From a virus (Duplodnaviria; Caudoviricetes): a DNA stretch of 31,629 bases. The DNA is taken from positions 1 to 31,629 of the IMG/VR virus record IMGVR_UViG_3300027751_000037, one strand, 5' to 3'. The notes beneath the pieces were generated by a model, which saw only the letters and a program-made list of their open reading frames with translations, did no database searches and was not told the origin of the DNA. Position numbers and translations under genes: made by a program. Below, in pieces: positions 30,501-31,629 of this stretch. The number at the start of each line of letters is the position of its first letter. Position 1 is the first letter of the stretch.

Positions 30501-30620
30501 AAGTTAGTTGTTATTAGAAAAGTAGGTAAATTGTGGACAGACCCGGGCACTCCATTAAAAGATGCTCAAAACGACATTGGTAGTTTCTTACGTGGAGCAA
30601 GAAGTGAATTACCCGAATAA
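15585..30620 (+). CDS. Giant (5011 aa) multidomain virion protein, probable baseplate wedge (gp7-equivalent) with adhesin-like domains
   Basis: Uninterrupted 15-kb ORF coupled to gp6 by TAATG. It has DLLPKYF at the N-terminus, a KGT motif (21069), FG-GAP-like blades, CBM5/12-like aromatic motifs, Gly-rich GSGY repeats and C-terminal beta-sandwich-like repeats. The gp7 equivalence is inferred from position and motifs. Confidence 0.8.
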   Translation: MSYDNDQTDAPLPAGGKGDRKSVDLLPKYFRTQANKKILSSTIDQLVQPGTAEKINGYMGRKNAKAFKAGDTYIADVTQQRQDRQLEPATVSVDDLGNVNFFADYADYVNQVKNFSGNNEDQSRLNSQEYYAWNPNIDWDKFTNFREYYWLPNGPQTVSVFGKSLEEASTYTVTTEDQGDNVVYKFSPPGFEPNPALTLYRGQTYTFEIDTPGHPFSFSTDRRFADAPFTLEKQDDGSYKVISGSADNVSSLYVQGLTAIDLEGNEIDPVNVEKGRITFTIPFEAPEQLYYTSGSDINTSGYIKVFDIIENTQIDVSDIIGKKNYTSSNKVQFTNGLKVKFAGKVTPEIYANDEWYVEGVGTDIRLVKESDLVIPASYVGDKLVPFDSEGFDRLPFGNASAFAGTKDYVVINRSSVDRNAWTRYNKWFHKDVIEKSAEYNNEVASIDQSGRASRPIIEFNAGLKLFNFGTQAKDDVDLIDYKTTDAFSTVEGGTGYNVDNTNLADGMRVIFNADTDRNVRGKIYKVNFILIDNIRQISLVEETDATAQVNETVLIKGGDTYKGRLFYFDGTNWKESQRKIQVNQQPLFDVFDESDDSFGTYNASTFSGTELFAYAKGTGTNDAELGFPLSYRAIENFGDIQFKFPLVSDSFVYEENNSNITVNVETGYVRKYTDLTSYVSENGWIKANKPSSQAIVRQYVADTTVNDFAVDVFDRSGDLNDLVVKVYVNNTFKKESTHYDINRINGVAYVTFKTDLETDDIVLLRCFSKATKTDNGYYELAYNLERNPMNENIGDFTIGEVTDHVSTIIENTFDYNGNRFPGVSNLRDIGNLSQFGTRFVKHTGPIALASYHLTDKNANIIKALKYARLEYAKYKRLFLQVADTLGYDGPIKDHVDKIIEEINSQKTDGMPFYFSDMIPHGASKRTLHIVKASDGVFYPLAKTFSLSNLSERGVLVYLNDVALCHGTDYTFTAEGFVNVSATLAVDDELEIYEYDTTDGCFVPTTPTKLGLYPAYKPELYLDTTQETPRNVIQGHDGSITFAYGDYRDNLILDFERRIYNNLKQAYNTDVFDVHEFAGGNYRDTGFSRQDVDSAMVSDFVQWSIIAGDPNYTANTFWKDTDTFRYNYKNMSSPTGKPLPGFWRGVYKDAYDTDRPHTHPWEMLGFTIKPSWWEAEYGPAPYTRNNFVLWEDLEKGLIKVPGKPATVDNRYKRPGLTNHIPADENGNLLSPLDSNYAQNFVAVRTRDSYAFGDHTPTESAWRKSSEYPFALITSWLLNQPAKVMGTGFDLSRMLRNKTGNLVYSPSNTIIRLKDLVFPNTYTDNQRVITSGLVNFVYNYIVSDINTSYNEYQAELKTLKNQLALKVGGFTDKSKFKLILDSRTPLNEGNVFVPEENYKLFLNTSVPVEIANYSGVVIQKNTNGYVVKGYDQASAAFNYYEPIQASSDPVINIGGISESFVNWDSAKQYVKGQNVRYNSFYYRVNSSHVSGPSFDDTKMSKLAELPLVGGRSNVLRRKFTNRVNTIPYGTLLTSTQEVVDFLLGYEAYLKAQGFKFEYYNKDISVVEDWTFSVKEFMFWTTQNWAAGSVLTISPAAQQFTFNRQYMVVDNIFDNFYDYSLLKADGQKLQRSFSSIARDTENDFGLSVRNTADGIYSVKLPLVQREHVILLDNKTVFGDVIYDQEAGYRQERIKVTGYRSDNWSGGLNIPGFIYDEAEVRDWQQYKDYGIGKLVKHKEFYYVALSNVTGTEVFIDSQWERLENRPQAQLVPNFEYKINQFADFYDLDTDNFDLEQQKHAQHLIGYQKRKYLENIINDDVSQYKFYQGMLQDKGTKNSLVKLFDALASADKESLEFYEEWAIRVGQYGATDNFDDVEFLIDEKQIKTNPQPIELVTNLPANDTDTIYKLTPADVYKRPQNYDHKPFPTVVDYKQFTKDAGFVFDADAAYRINDKADILTANINVIGAKDYVWVTGDEQPWDVLQHVTTDIRVTNITGFDEGADAFVGVDNPGGTIEFDRSHSFKRGDIIGLQNTSTQNDGFYTVEVVKPTSVNVLAGANNSIEDLSDINGYVSILRSVNFDTIKDANIVLEEKIAEDQKVWINGSTKNDWVVAIQDNVYNDKSHYNNPSDYDITSAYEFGSAISSNKANTRLALGDHSANSLNGNVYTYQRGSNLRELLFEDTLTLDTNTYPVADGHRFGADIDISADGKYLIIGSSTASEVASNYQNDYSKTIAYNENDIVKYSENYWKAVRTITPESNSIAFSTFDSYANFERSSDSSLLTLILQGSPYLPNTQTDHLLIAAPFDQYRGSKPQDKLVLKWNNYTNFNRNIGNASPVEVFPEGINAQNSAASYTEPTSTFINGEHVIVEKIDAVLLVEPFTDPPVDGDIINAVGGSATVYKAFQRDFKLVLYIKDTNGVFGPTGTITNNNGTPIGDYTQPNYNGTTGSVGGWWYINTGTTYLTSDEFTETKDFGVPGYGLIYQDVLVYNENTQTYARTIPNFYANGLDDVASTIFPDRDEPVFVSVLSHRGAAYVNVDVDGVQNIVDNRWLMRIPSNLAGEITTAGDQFRAYINDQADSPDFNLLGIDPSYINDNLHTVIDMWDGYIDFTFTKTQGADVDMLSDPDVDTGDFFEPAYEGKVFSDINGNIININGADGDFIRDEITGARGRVAYYIRRAGTQGRVYLKLDPNNTSNFTQGNRLLLETLEGPSQLPNQRIMGPINKISLPGNNTGKIAVMQRGTNFPAHPESYGGLQQFRDLNAFAHINKEFWVYKENLTEAGADAAASIPSTSNSDWRLVYNLPVDTSGSQVSKPVNQGVYSIFNRVGTTWTNRGTWTIPESTTNSNVGKQVAVTQDGELYRFYVGSKENLTVLKHGTDKYGKKYNYALDINPHYRGPYSADASYKTDEIVLYNNQLYSALTFLKGVVPTDTLKWATLNSTVNYLPSLPNDVNIYNDPVFNDLGEGVLDFTKEISVSENGQVLAISVITDTSVDPDNKVLVYRILDDRYVFDQTIVAPISNTGWGSSISLSEDGDTLIVADPESDVQGYNTGKVYVYAKVNGAFELHQTLSGTGTLSEKFGTKVSISQDIIAVTSGNGDIITETIFDNGTTSFDDTFTTYPDKRIDSGSVRLYQKVKDAYILAEELDYDGDDNVLVASRFGEQVLINNNHIYVGVPADPNSYYDEDINPGSFVDYQVTQDKKPWTLLRTPNEVVDTQKIKSAFLYNVKTNQLSTYLDYIDPIQGKIAGPAEQELTFKSNIDFARYNVTTLPDYFSETSNWEEQHVGKLWWDLSTAKFFNVYQEDITNQANNWSKLIPNYSADVYEWVESDIVPADWDNQADTAAGFAKGISGLSKYGNDAYSQKLVYDPVSQTFSDKYYFWVKNKVTVPVQEARTISASEVAKLIANPRGQGYSFVALLSNDRFVLYNCESLIKDKDIALHVSYYTQDTQEQNRHFEYSLLTEGLETSVPKADIERKWIDSLLGYDSKGRIVPDPELSAKDKYGTLNSPRQSWFVNRQEAFKQVVERANLALQETIIVDDFSFKTLNSEDVQPFVTDRTYDYKIDTLDELNFIGINKIKTATLQASVHGGVVTDIRITDTGRGYNDPTYDNTTSVVRHGPSFELFGNGSGLDFNLEINNLGQVSRVNIINGGSGYDENLIIEVRPLTVLVENDSTVNNKWAIYEWNKSSSLWDRVKSQSYDTKEYWDYVDWYATGYTQFTRIDHRVDESYQLASANAKIDQIVKIDNIGNGGWLLLKRVADTNSLDYTIDYETIGRENGTIEISSKIYNVIENTVGYDLLGYDNRFFDTEPVTEGRQILTALKNDIFVDNLAIKWQELFLASVRYVLSEQQNVDWVYKTSFVKAKHNVGELEQKINYQNDNLSSYNDYINEVKPYKTNIREYLSSYENVDNTNTQTSDFDVPPYYDYTQNGIKTKSVKIKDNELLGADAFFDEYPYQSWKENYGYKVTAINIYDSGSKYTYPPTVTIAGGGGTGATARAYIGAGKVVNIEVTNPGSGYTSAPTITISGSQADGSTTAIASAQIGNSVVRSLQVGIKFDRVSGQYFITTLPETETFTGTAINNKFDLKWPINLKRNKIKVTINGTLLLRSEYAFTNIDDKTYTYARQKGQIQFSNTPALGSIIVVEYEKDPAILNAQDRINHLYNPTTGMLGKDLSQLMVGVDYGGVEVKSFGFEGTSGWMTDEYGTDTWDSYDNTFEDEIFFADGTTVAIELSKPLEDGVEYNVYLKRSSETKAIRIDDPNYGNNPTNTLAMMQTLTGDGVTQIINLAENDIEVADGDIVTIRKTTSDGSFKPDGDSYDTILEGGALTYGYAGGINADDIILDGDLFVTPLTTGGPEELVNGQVMDSVNITVYERNGEGQGQIYNQNYLTDGTTTTYPLGLAPHSNDAVIVKLGNTIVDKAQYTLDYTALTVIFNNAPTTDQVLTILTVGINGENIIDLGVLFTVEGQSSYVTNVLWSDSYAVYLRKDGQEPDGPELIAKKSDTGFIEFVFSPVPPPEGTRLDYEIYSNNTQINYSKIQKDNIIADGSSVTYNLSTSAIYETPAEFFSIVEVNGAIKKPGYSKVFHITDATRREYTLETFQVQESTLSAADTEVYLNGKLLNQQDSYSVNIGQSSITIGSNILSQGDILSVYFRNGDYRVIGNQVTFTDLPAEDDTINVYTFSNHDILDINRISYDVINRSALTPGSDNYSAYHQLTGGRVLLNQPASGVEYVWIFKNGSMLSPSVDYKLQSNMRIIELVNEPAENDTIDIIHFTAPISTPTIAWQQFKDILNRTHYKRVDNNDGVKLAQDLAFNDLRIVVVEGADRLPRPDKRSNKPGIIWIGGERIEYFAKTGNDLRQLRRGTLGTGIASIHSAGSRVYGAGVEKNIPYTDQTIVWSPVDAVTEGQTEFTLDFTPNSVNEFEVFAAGKRLNKAAIATFDPVLAIDSPEGDVNTPAEFTVNGNTLTLTSPMKADQKLVVIRKVGKLWTDPGTPLKDAQNDIGSFLRGARSELPE

Positions 30621-30623
30621 ATA
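30615..30623 (+). promoter_or_regulatory. Late promoter box (GAATAAATA) overlapping the stop codon of the giant gene
   Basis: TAAATA at 30618-30623 includes the TAA stop. An AGGA SD and the ATG at 30642 follow. Confidence 0.62.
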
Positions 30624-30641
30624 TACTAGTAGGAATAGAAA

Positions 30642-31262
30642 ATGACAAACACAATTAATGAACAAAACGGTGTATTTGTACAGGGGCACATTAAAATAAG
30701 TGACCCTAGCAGCGGCGAAGTCTTTGTTAACAAAAAGAACGCCATACACTATGAAAATATGAGTATTGCTCTTGCAGAATCTTTAGGTAATGCAGGACAA
30801 GGGCCTATTGCTGTAATGAGCTTCGGCAACGGCGGTACAAATATAGACACAACAGGAGTAATAACATATCTTACTCCAAACTCAACAGGAACAAACGCAG
30901 GTTTGTACAATCAAACGTTTACAAAGATAGTTGACGATAGAAATACAGATAATTTAGATCCTACTAGAAACAAGATTGAAACTAGACACGTAAATGGTAC
31001 AAATTATACTGATATTGTTATTACATGTTTACTAGATTATGGCGAACCAAATGGCCAAGATGCATTTGATACAGCATCTGATACAGATAACAGTTTTGTA
31101 TTTGACGAATTAGGGTTAAGAAGTGCTAGTGCAGACGGCATTATAGGCAACGGTAGGTTATTAACACATGTTATTTTCCACCCTGTACAAAAATCACTAA
31201 ACAGATTGATCCAAGTAGACTATACGGTTCGAGTACAAAGCCTTAGCGGAGGTAACAGCTAA
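30642..31262 (+). CDS. Virion structural protein, probable baseplate/fibre-attachment subunit
   Basis: 206-aa beta-rich ORF in the baseplate operon with MSFGNGG, FVFDELGL and THVIFHPVQKSLNR motifs. Function is inferred from context. Confidence 0.65.
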   Translation: MTNTINEQNGVFVQGHIKISDPSSGEVFVNKKNAIHYENMSIALAESLGNAGQGPIAVMSFGNGGTNIDTTGVITYLTPNSTGTNAGLYNQTFTKIVDDRNTDNLDPTRNKIETRHVNGTNYTDIVITCLLDYGEPNGQDAFDTASDTDNSFVFDELGLRSASADGIIGNGRLLTHVIFHPVQKSLNRLIQVDYTVRVQSLSGGNS

Positions 31263-31629
31263 TGGCATATCAAATCCAATTTACAGATTTTACAAATAAA
31301 GGATCTATTGTTGTAGAAGACAGAGAAATAAACAATACTGATACTAGTTTATCTCTACCTGGCAGAAACAGCACAGCATACGGCGAGGCGATTGCAAGCA
31401 ACTTTTTGCATATTATAGAAAACTTTGCAAATAACAATCCGCCTGCTAATCCTGTTGAAGGACAAACATGGTATGATACAACAGTTGGCGTCGATGCACT
31501 TAAAGTATATGACGGAACAAATTGGATTGAATCAGGAGGCATCAAAAAAGGTGCCGCACAACCAGAAGTTGGTAATAGTGTAATAGGTGACCTTTGGGTA
31601 GATACTAGTAACCAGCAACTATATTTAAA
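31262..31629 (+). CDS. Tail fibre / baseplate-associated protein, N-terminal part (truncated by window edge)
   Basis: Not in the ORF track. ATG at 31262 (TAATG overlap, GGAGGT SD at 31248-31253) gives MAYQIQFTDFTNKGSIVV...LPGRNSTAYGEAIASNFLHIIENFANNNPPANPVEGQTWYD...LKVYDGTNW...GDLWVDT. The GQxWYD/GDLWxD repeats are typical of phage fibre proteins. Open to the end of the window. Confidence 0.8.
   Translation, partial: MAYQIQFTDFTNKGSIVVEDREINNTDTSLSLPGRNSTAYGEAIASNFLHIIENFANNNPPANPVEGQTWYDTTVGVDALKVYDGTNWIESGGIKKGAAQPEVGNSVIGDLWVDTSNQQLYL

Noticed and set aside
4303-31545. The many short minus-strand ORFs in the structural block (e.g. 4303-4587, 5553-5951, 10432-10755, 27488-27919, 31270-31545)
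   Set aside because: They lie antisense to well-supported genes, mostly mirror their codon frame, and show no independent coding signal.
1-31629. Stop-codon reassignment, as found in some large phages
   Set aside because: Long ORFs are intact in the standard code, and TAA, TAG and TGA all end genes at sensible boundaries.
1-31629. CRISPR array, tRNA, intron, intein, diversity-generating retroelement or Rho-independent terminator
   Set aside because: Intergenic gaps are at most 82 nt. I saw no repeat-spacer pattern, cloverleaf, reverse transcriptase, intein splice motifs or GC hairpin with a U tract. This was inspection by eye only.

Overview
This window is a densely coding, AT-rich fragment of a large T4-related myovirus genome. 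Gene sizes suggest a jumbo phage (inference). It holds two divergent blocks. The minus-strand block (1-4251) has a gp55-like late sigma factor, gp47/gp46 (Mre11/Rad50-type) recombination nuclease subunits, a small basic helical protein and a truncated GIY-YIG endonuclease. Two near-perfect host sigma70 promoters lie in this block. The plus-strand block (4334-end) is a contractile-tail baseplate module: tube initiator, gp53/LysM-like protein, a hub-like protein fused to an M15 peptidase, a gp5-like spike with a C-terminal lambda-R-like lysozyme, gp25, an enlarged gp6, a 5011-aa multidomain wedge protein, a 206-aa structural protein and a truncated fibre-like protein. TAAATA late-promoter boxes precede several of these genes. 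The genetic code is standard, and I saw no tRNA, CRISPR array, intron or IS element. The most notable observations are the overlapping divergent sigma70/late promoter switch at 4278-4313, two different cell-wall hydrolases on adjacent hub and spike proteins, and the split beta-propeller architecture of the giant protein. All family assignments come from motif recognition by eye, not database searches.
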